From contig OZ287077.1 of NCBI GenBank assembly GCA_965645245.1, forward strand, positions 1,488,001 to 1,552,000: DNA of 64,000 nt. Reading direction: 5' to 3'. Made by a program: the position numbers and the translations under genes. The notes under the pieces were generated by a model that did no database searches, was not told the DNA's origin, and worked only from the letters and a program-made list of their open reading frames with translations. Within the stretch, counting starts at the first letter, position 1, and each line of letters starts with the position of its first letter. This DNA comes from Massalongia carnosa (Eukaryota). Of the stretch, positions 36,246-48,473 are shown one piece after another.

Positions 36246-39200
36246 TTTCACGATCCGATCGGTACTTTCCTTCTACTCCGTCGATAGATGTCCCGTGAGG
36301 TATGGAAATTTGAGTATGTCCCGATGGAATGACTTATCAGATCCTTATAGGTAATCAAGTACCCCCTGGTCCCTGACACCGAGACTGGCCGAACCGATGC
36401 TTCCATCCTCCACGTTACATAAAGTGCCTGAGGTCAAAGCAGAAATCGTTCATGAGAGGCCATAATTCTGGACCATAGGGGCTAAGAATCCGGTTCATCG
36501 AGGCGACACATTGTGCAACATGATGAAAGCATGGCAAATGCACCCTATCACCTAGTGCAAGGCCTTGGATCAAGTGTGAAGCGCCGGCGTAAGGAGATCA
36601 AAGAGGATTTTCCGTCAAATTGTGATCCAAACCTATGGCACTCTACAAAAAGAAATTTCTGAAAGAACCCGCTTCCCTGTTATCATCATCGATCAAGTCC
36701 ATAGATCATGCGCATTGGGATAAGAATAGTTCACGTTGAAGAACCACTTGGAACTACGCACGCCATAGCACGGCACGTTGCCGCATCCTGGAAATCCCAA
36801 AACATGAAACCGGAAGCGATATTCCCCGTGACAAACGAAACCAACAAATGAAATCCACAAACGAAACCTGGGGTTTCCCAAACGCAAGATAAGCTGCTTG
36901 ATCTGCCTTGCGGAATGTGGCCAAAGACGAATGTAACAACGGGAAGTCCTCGTATAAAGTGTTGGATCCTGGTCTTTAGTAGTGAGAAAATGTCACACTT
37001 GAGCTGCCGATGATGCAAAGAAACGGAAGTGAACCATTCAAGCTGAGGAGCAGCTCCAGACCAACATGCGCGCAGGCCAGAACGGGTATCCCAGTTCCTT
37101 TACATCCCGTAGTACATACTTTTCTGATGAAGCGAAAGAGCCCCTTGCTCCGAACTTTCCTGCGGTCCGTCGATCATATCGTGAAGATCATAGTTTGATC
37201 GAAGCCCCCGAGCAACTCTGCCTGTTCAAAAGCGAGGCTCGATAAAAGGCTGCCCAACTTGTAACTACCCAAAACCAAACCCTCCTGGAAAGAGGAGGTA
37301 GAAAGATACGAAGCAAAGTTGACGGAAGGATAAGTGTTACCTAAATACTCAATGGTCAATCACGTGATATTTATCAGGTGACCAGCTAACTCGTAAGAGC
37401 CATTGCCAACTTCGACTGATACCTCTTAAGAGACCATCGTCTTTGACATAGAAAAGGGCACGACAAGCTCGTATCAACTCAGATTGATGCTGTCTATTGA
37501 GATCTAGACGAAGGGCGAGATACATGCCCACTCTAGCCTCCTGTTAACTGCATCATGACCAGAAAGGCAAAGGCAAAGAGCCAGAGATACGCCATCGCAA
37601 GTAAGGTGTCATGCAACCAGTTGCGAAAGGTGTTGTCCTGCAGAGGCGCTGAACAAGAAAAAAAGTCACAGCAGCTCTTTTCAAGCGAAAGAATACTTCT
37701 GAATTCGTATCAAACATAATGCAAACTTGGCGCAAGCATGATAGAAGATGGATTCATTAAGGGGAAAAGCTGATCGTACGTTACAGATCTCTCTGTGAAA
37801 GCGCCCAAGGGAAATCCGGCAATCACGCTCCAGCACGCTACTAGCTGTGCACGCTAGGTGATGTTTGAGATGCGTATATGTTCGGAATCTTTAGCGCTGT
37901 ACAGCTATGCCTACTCATGGATAGAGTCTGCGTCCTACAAAAATGTACCGCATGATGCTCTTGGAGATTAGTAGGTTTGTATGGCAGAGGGTATCATTCG
38001 CAGGCGGTATTGGCTCATGGTGTAGTTATGGTCTACTCGTCTCTATTTTGGATTGGGCTGATTTAGACGATGGAGAATACTCTTGTTTCTTTCCCACATT
38101 CTCCGTTGTGGTCCCAAAAGGATCAAGTTGCTCTGACTGCTTGTATGCCTCCTTCCTTGCTAGCTCGATGAGCAAATAGCGAGGAAGAAGAATGGCAGTA
38201 GATGAAAACAGGAAAAACAAAAAAGATGGTCCGGAAATATACCATAAACTCGTGCTCTGTTGGCATTCATGACGACGTTCTGCCAAACAGTCAATTTGAA
38301 GCCTCTGTTGCAAGCAACCCATTTGCCACCGAGAAATGAATGAAACAAGAGTTGGATTTTTCGACATATCTCCATCATTTGTCCAAGTTTGTGATGGACC
38401 CGTCCGCCTATCCGATCGCAAATCGCTCATGATTCAACAAGAGCTACCTCCATTGGTGTCTCTCGTCTCCCAGAACCATCCTTGACGAGATACACTCAAC
38501 ATCGGCGAAATATCAGATCTTAACATTCCGATCGGGATGTGAAAGATAGCGATTGATCAGTAGAGCATTCATAGCTTTTCTCTGTTCGTCTACAAGTGTC
38601 TTTTCTTTCCATTAGTCCATCTTTTTCCAGCACATTATCTTCATGCATATCATACCAACCAAGCGCCTCCACCAACACACTTTTGCATCCAGGATTCCTA
38701 AAACTTACTTTAGCCGCATAAGTCATTAATGAAGCCCGCCTATATATTCTAGAAACCCATTTACAATAAAAATTCTCGTCGCCGAGCGGCGATGAGATCC
38801 TTATTCGATGGAAATTACACCTTAGTACACCAAAAAAAAATGAGTACGTCTGCAAGCCACTCCAGGTGCATATACTATATTCGGTTAGCGCCATCAACCC
38901 TCACTATCTGACACGGATCTTCAGTCCAGGACCGGTCGAAGTCGAAGTTTCGGACAAGCCCGGCTCATATATAGAGCTGAAACCCCCAGGGAGTTGTGCA
39001 AAGTCCACCAACATAAGGGAAATATCGAACATGGGTTTCAGCAATTCATGTTTTCCAATCATCTTATCTTCCATTCCTCTGCGACAATACATGACTACCC
39101 TCAAACAAGATACTCCTACTCATTCTCCGCCACATTACCAACGATCCTTTATATCCAACTAAAACCGTCAAGTCATTCCAATAAACACGTTCCCAGCCCC

Positions 39201-39256
39201 ATACCCTCTCTCTAATTCTACACGTTGCGCTTCGATCTCCTGCACAATTCCCCTAG

Positions 39257-39568
39257 CTAAGCATCCGACAAAGCCTGATCAGCGCCATTCACCGCGGTCG
39301 TCTCCATGCCTGGTGCATTCTTCGCTACATCCTCAGCTACCACACCAACCGTGCCAACACTTACCGCAGTGCCGAGTATGGCGTTCCCATCTTTAGCCGT
39401 AGTGTCTACGAAACCTCGGCGGGTAGCGATTGAAGAAGCTAGATGGTGGTGTTGGTCAGCTGACAGTCTAAGGGGATGGAAGGAAAGGGAGGGGAAGGGA
39501 AGGGTAGTACAAGTTGGCGCTGCGATCGCAGGCAATAAGAAAGGAAGAAGAAGGATTAGGAATTGCAT
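39257..39568 (-). CDS. Small secreted pre-pro-peptide (about 79 aa)
   Basis: MQFLILLLPFLLPAIAAPT, then a phase-1 intron (39510-39439, GTACTA..GCTGAC..TAG), then SSSIATRR-GFVDTTAKDGNAILGTAVSVGTVGVVAEDVAKNAPGMETTAVNGADQALSDA*. TATAAAA at 39721-39715. Confidence 0.75.
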   Translation of the reverse strand: MQFLILLLPFLLPAIAAPTCTTLPFPSLSFHPLRLSADQHHHLASSIATRRGFVDTTAKDGNAILGTAVSVGTVGVVAEDVAKNAPGMETTAVNGADQALSDA

Positions 39569-40692
39569 GGTCGTTGGTGTTGTTTGGTGAGGGACGTTGG
39601 GGGGAAATGGGGTTTTCTGGTTGTGGAAGCTTTGAATCGGCGTACGAAGGATTAGTTGTCTTGTCTGGTAAGTAAAGGGAAAAAAAAGAGGAAAACGAAG
39701 AGGATCGAGACTGGTTTTATAGACATTTCCTACTCCCACGCATCCATAGCCTCCGAGGGGACTATTTCAGAAAGTTTCGTTCGGGAAAAGGTATTATGTG
39801 CTATTCGGAAATGGCCGAAAGAGATGGGTGAGTGAGTCGGTGGCTTGCGTCATAAACATGATCTCTGCGAGCACCGAGCATGGCCGAAATACGTGGTTGC
39901 TAGTATTGACTAGACGCTGGCCCCGATCCGGAACCGGAAAGCCTACCTTTTTGGGGGAGGGGGGAAGAGAGCGTTAAATGGACGGATGGATAGATTGATG
40001 TGGCAAAATGCAAAGCCTAAATCGATTGCATATATAGTAGAATTCTTCGAGTCCGAAAGAGGGTGGGAGGGGAAGGAAAGTTTAGTTTCGGGGTTTCAGG
40101 TCGCCTACTCCCCAGTGAAAGAGAGAGAAAGAAAGAGAATGGATGGATGACATGCTTGCTCGGTGGCTCGCTCGCTCGGTCTTGACAGGGTTCGGAAAAG
40201 GGTGATAGATGCACGAACGGGTAAGTAACGTAGGTTGCTTATATCCCATATACCGAGCGGTTTATTTCTGGATTTAGGGGGGGGGGGTGGGGGAATATAA
40301 GTTCCAAAGTCAGGAAAGGGCGAAGAAACAAAAGGAGGATGGGAATACGGGAGATTGACGAGCAAGAGCAGGGTTTAGTTTTGATTTAGTAATTGGTGTT
40401 CTTCGAAATGGGGCCCAAGCAAAGCGAAAAGGGGATGTTTTTTTTTTTTGGATGGATGGATGGATGGGATGCTATGTACGTATGGAGCCGGGAGGGAGGG
40501 AGGGAGAGGTAGGGAGAAGGAATGAGGGAACAGGAAGAATTGGACAGGTACAGTAGGTAGGTAAACCAATAGATAAATAAACGGACTATCGTCATCTAAA
40601 CCATCCAGCCATCATGAGACAGGGAGGGGTTAAATGAATGAATGAAATACCTGTTGGAAGAGGAAGAGAGGAGTTAAACCACGGGGAATAAA

Positions 40693-40738
40693 ATGGATGG
40701 ATGGATGGATGGATGGATGGATGGATGGATGGATGGAT
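40693..40738. repeat. (ATGG)n tetranucleotide microsatellite
   Basis: About 11 tandem copies; a shorter copy lies at about 40450-40467. Confidence 0.95.
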
Positions 40739-41396
40739 AGGTATATATATATTACGAACGAAAGAAGGGTTTTTCTTGATCATGTGTGTGACGAAGCTTA
40801 TAGAGTATTTCCGTGAACTGGAACGGCTCTTCGCGCGCGCACACACGCGGTTGAGGGATGAGGGATGAGGGATGAGGGGTAGGGATATGAAGAGGAGAGG
40901 AGGAGGAAGAAGAGAGAGAAGGAAGAAGTTGGAGTTAGACGAAACGGGAAAGACGGATTTTAGGAAGAGCGAATGACATGAGAGAAAAGGGGGGGGGGGG
41001 TGGACGCATTAAAGAAACGATATAACAGTAATAATAACTCGACAGGTATATCTGAACTTGATCGTTTGAAAAGAAAAAGAAGAAGAAGAAGGATAAAAAA
41101 GTCAAACTTGAATTAAGCCGCAAAAAGTTTTGCATCCAACTACTTAATGCGAGTGATGACAAACCCAAAAAAAAAGGAAGAAAGAGAGAAACCTCCCCTC
41201 TCTCAACCCTTAATCCTCCAAAAGGAACCATTTACCTCCAAGAATGCTGCCTCGTAGCGCGAATCTTTCCAATCTCCCCCCCCTGCCTTGCCGAAAATTT
41301 GACCTCTCTTGTAATTGTTTTCGCTAACCCCCCCCACAACCAAACTCCTTCCTTCGTTATTCATAAGCTACCCTCAACCTCGCTCCTCTTCCCTCT

Positions 41397-41654
41397 TCAA
41401 TAATTCCCCAACCCCACGTCCACTCCTACTCCCACGTCCACTCCCACTCCCACTCCCACGTCCACCTCAACTTGCCTTGAGATGAGTTGGTGGGGTGCAG
41501 GGAGAGAATCTGAGCAGGGAAATGGGGGTGTTTAGTTGGTTTTTTTAAAAGTTTGAGGTTAGGTGAACGAGGGGTTGGCTTACTAATTGGAGCGGCGTGA
41601 GCAGCAGAGAAAAAAAATGGAGACTAGGAGCAGGGAGATGGTGGCTCGATGCAT
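41397..41654 (-). CDS. Tiny secreted Val-Gly-repeat peptide gene (about 60 aa), frameshifted by +1 in a T8 run as assembled
   Basis: ATG at 41654; intron 41583-41510 (GTAAGC..CTAAC..CAG). With T7 instead of T8 at 41610-41617 it reads MHRATISLLLVSIFFSAAHA-APINSLPAPHQLISR-QVEVDVGVGVGVDVGVGVDVGLGNY*. TATATATA at 41835-41842. Confidence 0.62.
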
Positions 41655-43015
41655 CTCTTCCTGTTTTGGGCGTTGGGATGGTCGGGTAAATTGTGGAGCT
41701 GTGGAAATGGGGGAACTGAAAGGTGAAGACGATGGAGGGTTTAAAGCTCTATAGGGTACTGGTGTTGATTGAGAAACGAGAGGTAGATGGGGAACGAAAA
41801 GAAAAGCAGATCAGTTCGAAGGGATTGAGGGGGGTATATATACCTGATCTTGCTAGGCTTCAAGAATCCCTTCTCATCAGAGCACCGAATAATAGGCGAT
41901 TATGGCCTTGAAGGCTTCATCTCCGTTGCGTCAGTGACGGAGGAAAGAGGTGGTGTAGGGGATCATGTCCACCCACGGATATGGGCTTTTCAAAGAATTT
42001 AGACATCGGATTATTGGCAAGAATATGCGAGCTTGGAATGAAAGACCTCCATGAAGTCGGCGCCGAAGGTCTAAGTTAGACGTATCGGAAGACACGATAG
42101 GCCTAGAACTCAGAGTGTCTAGTCTTTGATTATGGTATTGGAGAAACCGCAGTTCCCGAGGAAAAGTTCGATGATTGGTCCGAGCAAGCACGCACTGTGA
42201 TACACACTGATATCAAGGAGGTAGAGAAAGAGCATTGAATTAGCGATTAACCGCAAGAAAGCTTGTAAATGGACTATATCTGCAGGGATGCATGACGCCT
42301 AACCGAATGCAGTTGTTTCAACACAGCCACCGACTCATAGACATTCCACATTGGCCTCTTTCCAGTGGTGACCATCTATTAGCAACCACGATATGACCAG
42401 TAATTAGTAAGTGTTGTCTACACTAGAGCTCCGAAATTCTCCCCCAAGCTATGTCTTTTAACCTATCATCGACCCAAAAGATGGCTTGTCTGCTCTGCTT
42501 GCGCAACGGCACTGTCGTCACTGTCATCACAGTCTTTTGTTATCACGGGTTCCAATTTGCTAGAAGCTTAATACCATTCATCTAGCTTGAGAATGTGAGG
42601 GCCTGTTTGGTCTTCTCATTTCCGAAAGAAGTAGAAATACGTCTTGTATGGGGGAAGCGATGCTGTGCTATGCATCAGTCGGGAAGACTGCTTCCTGTGG
42701 AATGTCCCGTTCTCCTTGAAGACACACATAGGTAATGATGAAGTGGTATAAAAGTCTTTAGTAATGGGTGCTCATGGCAAATTTGGACCTTATGTGATTA
42801 AATGCGTACCTTTTGAACCGCTAGGTGAGGGAGCTATGCATGTTGGGCGTTCTGCATTGAGGCGATCCACCATTAGGCTCTTGGTTGAGCATATACTGCC
42901 CAATTATTTTAAGACTTTCCGATGATTGTTCCGAGTGTATTATAGCGGCTTCACATAGTCTCATTACTTTTAAGAGTGCAGCTGTATATGAAAGTATTCC
43001 AATAACTTTCACCCC

Positions 43016-43854
43016 TTAATTGACTAAGCGACCATCACAATCAAGGGCTTGTTCGTGCTCATCCTGAAATTTGTAAGGTATTAGCTTCAACGTGCTGAAC
43101 AAAGATAGTTCCATTATGTCAACAATAAGTTGCAGAGAATGGAATTACTCATACATCAATTTCTTCACAGCAGTAAACGGTCTCTCGATTTCTACACACT
43201 TCAAAGCCTTGTGTCTCTTTTGTGTCTGTGCAAAACATCAGCTTTCTTTGAGAAAAGTACGTGACCATGTGCCTTACAGTATATGCAATCTCTAACATCA
43301 AATATGTCCGCCGCCTTAATTGCTTTCCGCCTTCTTACCTCGTTACCAGTGCAACAGACAGCCCGAAGGCTGCCACAGTGAGGAGTGAAAAGTGGCGGAG
43401 ATGAGTCTGGGATACTGTATGGGGGCACATCTTCATCCGGGTTTGGGCATTGGTTGCCCGGGGCCGGTTTTACCTTTGGAATGTCTTGAACAGGAGAGGT
43501 TCCAAAAGAACTGGATGTAAGTCGCAAAGGAACAGACTCAGCATCACCTGACTTAGAAGCTTCAATAACCAGGGAGCTTGATTCTTTAGAGTGTTCGCCG
43601 AAGCATGGAACAGCAGCCAAGAAGTCAGATGACAGGAGGCCGGGGTTTTCGCCCGGTATCTGGTTCAGGCCGACGGCGGGAACTTGACCGCTGATAAACG
43701 AAGAAAAGGATTGATCCAAATTCGAAGGCTGTTCAAGGTTCAATGACTGAAGATGGCCGATGTCTTGGGGTGAAGTATCAGAATCCCAAGAATTGTCTGG
43801 GATAGGATTTGCGACTGTCATAACCAAAATTGCAAAAAGAGAGAGGGCAAACAT
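43016..43854 (-). CDS. Secreted protein with C-terminal 8-Cys module of hydrophobin-type spacing
   Basis: Signal peptide MFALSLFAILVMTVA. Exons 43854-43278, 43225-43155 and 43063-43016 splice in frame to ..PHCGSLRAVCC..DCIYYTKETQGFEVCRNRETVYCCEEIDDEHEQALDCDGRLVN*. Confidence 0.78.
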
Positions 43855-45686
43855 ACTTCTAAACTAATCAAATATGACCAGTAAAAGTGAGATGTGGAGT
43901 TTTACGCCTATTACATGGGATGAAATAAAGAAAGAGCCCTTGGGAAGGGGTTGGTTCTTTTCGAGACAAGCGGGATCATAATAGGGCAGGCATGCCAGAT
44001 GGCAGAAGTTGCATCGGAAGTTTGGAGATGGGACGCAGATTGCCCTGCCGTCCATCGTAGCTCGATTTCTTCGTCCCGCCTACGCGTTGCGAATGACGAG
44101 GGCTAAAAACTCCATCGGAATTGGGTAATCAAGTGTTTTAAACCGCTCACCTCGCAAGCTTCCCGATCACGGCTAGTCAGGCGGTTCGATCGACTGGGGA
44201 AGTCTGATACACCAGTCGTACCTAGGCATCAATGAGATTCTTGTGAACATGGAACGGAAGGATGGTGAAGTTGTGAAGTTGTGAAGTGGTTATTTTATAT
44301 TTAGGCTATGGCACTCCTCGCTTTGATACCTGCACACTAAACTCGGCTAGCTACACACCTTTTAGTAAATCTAGTCAACCAACAGTGAGGAAATCCATCA
44401 AATCATTCCATCAAATCATCTTCACCAAGCATCGTCTATCCAACGCGAAATTATATAGGTAAGCTAATTATGTCAGTGATAAAGTGTTTTCATATAGATA
44501 CCACCCCCTTTCTGCAAAGCCCCCAGCAGGACTTCGAGCAATCCCATGATGGTGGTTTCAAACTCAGGGTTTCCTTCTCTGACAACGCATATTTAACGCC
44601 TTGATTCCTCTGGCGGGGCCGTGGCGCTGCCATGAATCAATGTGAAGCCAGGTGGTAGAGTACCCTTGGTTCGCTATGGCTAATCATATGGAACTCTTCC
44701 ACGGATTCTTCATGTAGAGAAATCGAAGAAAATCGAAGAAAAGAACACGACGAGGACTTTTTTACTTCGGCCACGGATGCCATTTTGAAAAGGTCAGATT
44801 TTACATGGACTTAGGTACGTAACCAATACGAATCGTCTGAAAGAATGGAAGATCATTCTCAACGCCAATGGCAAATACGCTTCCGGTAGAGTTGGCAACG
44901 TTAAGGGTGTTACAACCAGAAGAAAGATGCCAAAGTCAATCAAAGTCTCACGCCACGCAAGTAGATGGACAAGACCAACGCCGAATACCCTCATGATAAC
45001 ACTTAAGAGGGAAAGCGCGCTGCAGAGCACGGTCACGGGATGGCATCTGAGGATCGATGGGTCCTGAACTGGCCTCAGACGAGAAAATAGCACGGAAACT
45101 TAAAGACCACGGGTTTAGGCCTCGATCTTGAAAGTCACATGGTGCCGAGACTTCTTTGATGTCACGTGTATGCTCATAAACGTCTTGATACTTGTTGAAT
45201 CGCAATTGGAACGGCTGTGGCTTTGGTGGCTTTTATGGCTTCAAGCTATTCTAGATTCGATTACACTGGATGTCCGAATACAGGCTGAGCAGTGCAGATC
45301 ATTTACTCGATTGGGATCTCGGGAAGAAGGGATCCGCGAGCAAACATTTTCATCTGCAGAGAGACTTTCTAGAACGCTAAGACAAGAGTATTATGAATCA
45401 GTTTAAAGGAGGAAGGATGCAGCTAATCACTTTAAGTGGTCATCGTTATTTATCCGGTCTGGCGAGCTTCCGGCGGCTTGCCTTAAGTTACTCCCGTTGG
45501 ACCTGCTGTTTCAACCGAGTTGCAATTCTTCACCCTTCAAGATTTTCTTATTCTTTGCCCTGGTCAGATGTTTTCAAGCAATGTCTCTCATGTTCTCGAG
45601 CACTTGCAATGAAGGGTTTCGAATAAACGCTTCATTGAGATTTCTTCATTCTCTCTAACTAATGCCCATTCCTCCTAAGTGTAATT

Positions 45687-47679
45687 ATGTCTTTGTCAGA
45701 ACCCAAACTCGCAGAGACCTCACCGAACCCCCGACGAGGCACCCGCATCACTCCTAGAACCTGCTTATGGCCTCTGGCAGGCAGTCTAGTCGCGACATTC
45801 GGCCTCTCCATTGGCTTAACATTCCGCTCCAATCATCACTGCTTCGCTGGGACGTGTGGGGAATGGCTCTTCCCACTTCAAGCCCGCCTACACGTCGTTG
45901 TCTGGTATGCTTGGTTGTCCATCTCTGTCACTTTCCTTGCCGTGCGCGCATTCCACCCGGAAATGCAGAAAGTCTTATCGCGGCCGCTATTACTGCGGAA
46001 GTTACCCATCGTGGGGAAACACCTCTCCGGGGGGGGAGCGCTGATGCTCTGTTGGGTGTTAACTCTATATGCTGTTGTTGTGGGCATCTGGTGGATTCGG
46101 CTTCGGAACTATTTCGTCAATCGTGGAATTGCGGGTGGGGTTAAGCACGGAGGCCATCAGCTGGCAGCCGTGGGATTGACGGGACATTTGTGCGACATCA
46201 CAATGGGGATGGTCCTGCTGCCGATTTCAAGGCACAGCGCGCTGGCCTCCTTTTTCAAGCTGTCCGTGTCTACGACGTTGACGAACCACATGCTGACCGC
46301 ATATACGCTATTTGTGCTGGTGCTGGTGCATGGCTTGATTTACCTGTCTTGGGTTCGGGTATTCAACAGACTGTCAACAGCCCTCCGCAAGATAATTCCA
46401 CTGCTTAATCCAACCTACCTCTATCATGAAACTTGGCCAGGCAACACCTCATCCCTGGGTCTCTGGCGGGCATCATTAATTTTCACGGGAATCGTCGCTG
46501 TGTTAATCATGTCTGCTCTTTTCATCACTACGCTGCCGACCATCCGCTCAAAGCACTTCAACCTCTTTTACTTCACGCACCTCTTTAGCATCTTGATGGT
46601 CATCATTATTTGCTTGCACGCAAGCACAATGTTCTACTGTACTGCACCGGGGCTCGCCATGTGGTTTCTTGATTGGGGCATGCGCCTCTATGAGTTGCGC
46701 CGTGTCCTGGACGGCGAAATCACCACCATCGGGAATGGCTGGTACTGGTTAGCTTTCCTTCTTTTCTTGTTTGCATTGTCTTTCTGCAGAGTTCCAAGGG
46801 ACAGTTTAAAGATGAGTGCTAATGAGTAAACACAGCATCAATATCCCTCTCCCGCGCTCCCGACTAACCGGCTGCTCCTGTCGCTCCCCCCTTGCCCATT
46901 TTTATATTCACCACGCCGGCTCCTCCCTCCGTGAGCTCCACCCCTTCACCACAACCACTCATCTCGCCTCCCAGCACGCCGCCACTCCACCCAAATACCC
47001 CGATCTCCCCATCCAGTTCCTCTTCCGCAAGTCTCGCTCGCCTTCAGCCCTAACCCCAATCCCATCCTACAACTTTTTCCGCCCACTTCTGCACTTCTTG
47101 CATCTCAGCAAATCCCCTCGAAAAGGCACGCAATGGACGGAAAAACTCGCCAGCTTGGTTGACAACGATCCTATCGCTCAACCCCCTTCTCTTAAGGGCA
47201 TCCCCGTCTCCCTTCGCCTCGAAGGTCCCTACTTCTCCCCCGCTGATCCGTCCCGCTACGCGCAAACTCTATGCCTCGTAGCCGGCACCGGCATCAGCGG
47301 CGCCCTCGCCATCGCCACCGCCTTCGTCTCTCAACCCTCCCTTTCCTCTTCATCCCATTCCATTGCCCCCCCTCCAGCCTCCCAGGAGCGAATATGGCGC
47401 CGCTGCACTATCCTCTGGAGTGTTAAAACTAGCGAAGCGATCGATCCCCCCCTGCCGTTTTTCCCGCCATCGGGGGTCGAGGGGCTCGAGATCCGAGTGT
47501 GGAGAACAGGGCTGGGAAAGGAGAGGGCGGATTTAAGGGGCGCGGTTGAGGATGCTAAGCGGGAAGGTGGGGGACGGATGTGGGCTTACATCTCCGGCCC
47601 CAAGGCTTTCGTGACAGCGGGCGAAGAGGCGTGCAGGAGCGTTGGGGGAGTGGATTTCTTCGCTGCTGGATGGGGATGA
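45687..47679 (+). CDS. Ferric reductase-like transmembrane flavocytochrome (FRE family)
   Basis: Intron 46748-46835 joins two ORFs. TM His pairs (NH..VHG; TH..LH), FAD motif LHPFT, LRLEGPY, LVAGTGISG and YISGP. Confidence 0.88.
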
Positions 47680-48473
47680 GGGGGAAGAGGGGGGGAGTAA
47701 AACCCTAAACGGAGATATCTCCCAAGAGGAAAAAGCTATATATCACCATTTTCCGCTTCACCGTTTATCACGAGGGGGCCGAGCTCAACCACTGTTTCCC
47801 CGAGAACTTTAAAAAAAGAAGAAAAAACACGTAGTTATTGGAAGTAGGAAAACACGGGAGGAGGATACAAAATTTCCTGGCTCAATGAAATAGCCGGGAT
47901 TGGTTACATATTAGCATAGCATAGCATAGCTAGTTTAGTTTGATGGCGCAGAGAAATGAAGACAAAAGGGGGGGGGGGTGTGGGGGTTTGGCTCTTTGTG
48001 GTCAGCAGTGGGATCGCGCGAAAAGTATCTCCAAGGAAGAAAACGAGGAGGGAACGTGTTGACGAGGGGTTGAGAGGATGTCTGGTCCAGCTGCTTGAAA
48101 GTTGGAAGCTTGCGAAAAAGTTGATCGACAAAGAGAAAGTTGCGTGGCTGTGTTGTCTCGAATCTTTCCAGTCTCAACGAAAGAAGCCTATAATCCATTA
48201 AACACATAACAACTACTTTGCCGATAATACCGCGGCGATAAGCCTGTTCCTTCTACGTGCATGAAAGCAAACGGTCTCCGCCAAAACAAGATGACGGAGC
48301 CATGACGTGCAAACAACCCCCCCCCCCCTTTTCCTCCAAGATACCCCGTTCCTGAATACAATATAAGCTTTAATGACGGGGCGAGCCAGCCCAATCTGTT
48401 CGTCCTATGTAGTTGCTTACCGCCTGCTGCGAAAGGTAGTATTATACATAACGTGTTCTACCGTTTTGCGCTT

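Noticed and set aside
36700..39200. Scattered 60-135 aa ORFs, a possible gene relic or transposon
   Set aside because: No transposase or RT motifs, terminal repeats or coherent exon chain found.
44100..45630. Short ORFs and small direct repeats upstream of the FRE gene
   Set aside because: No recognisable domain; repeats have only 2-3 copies.
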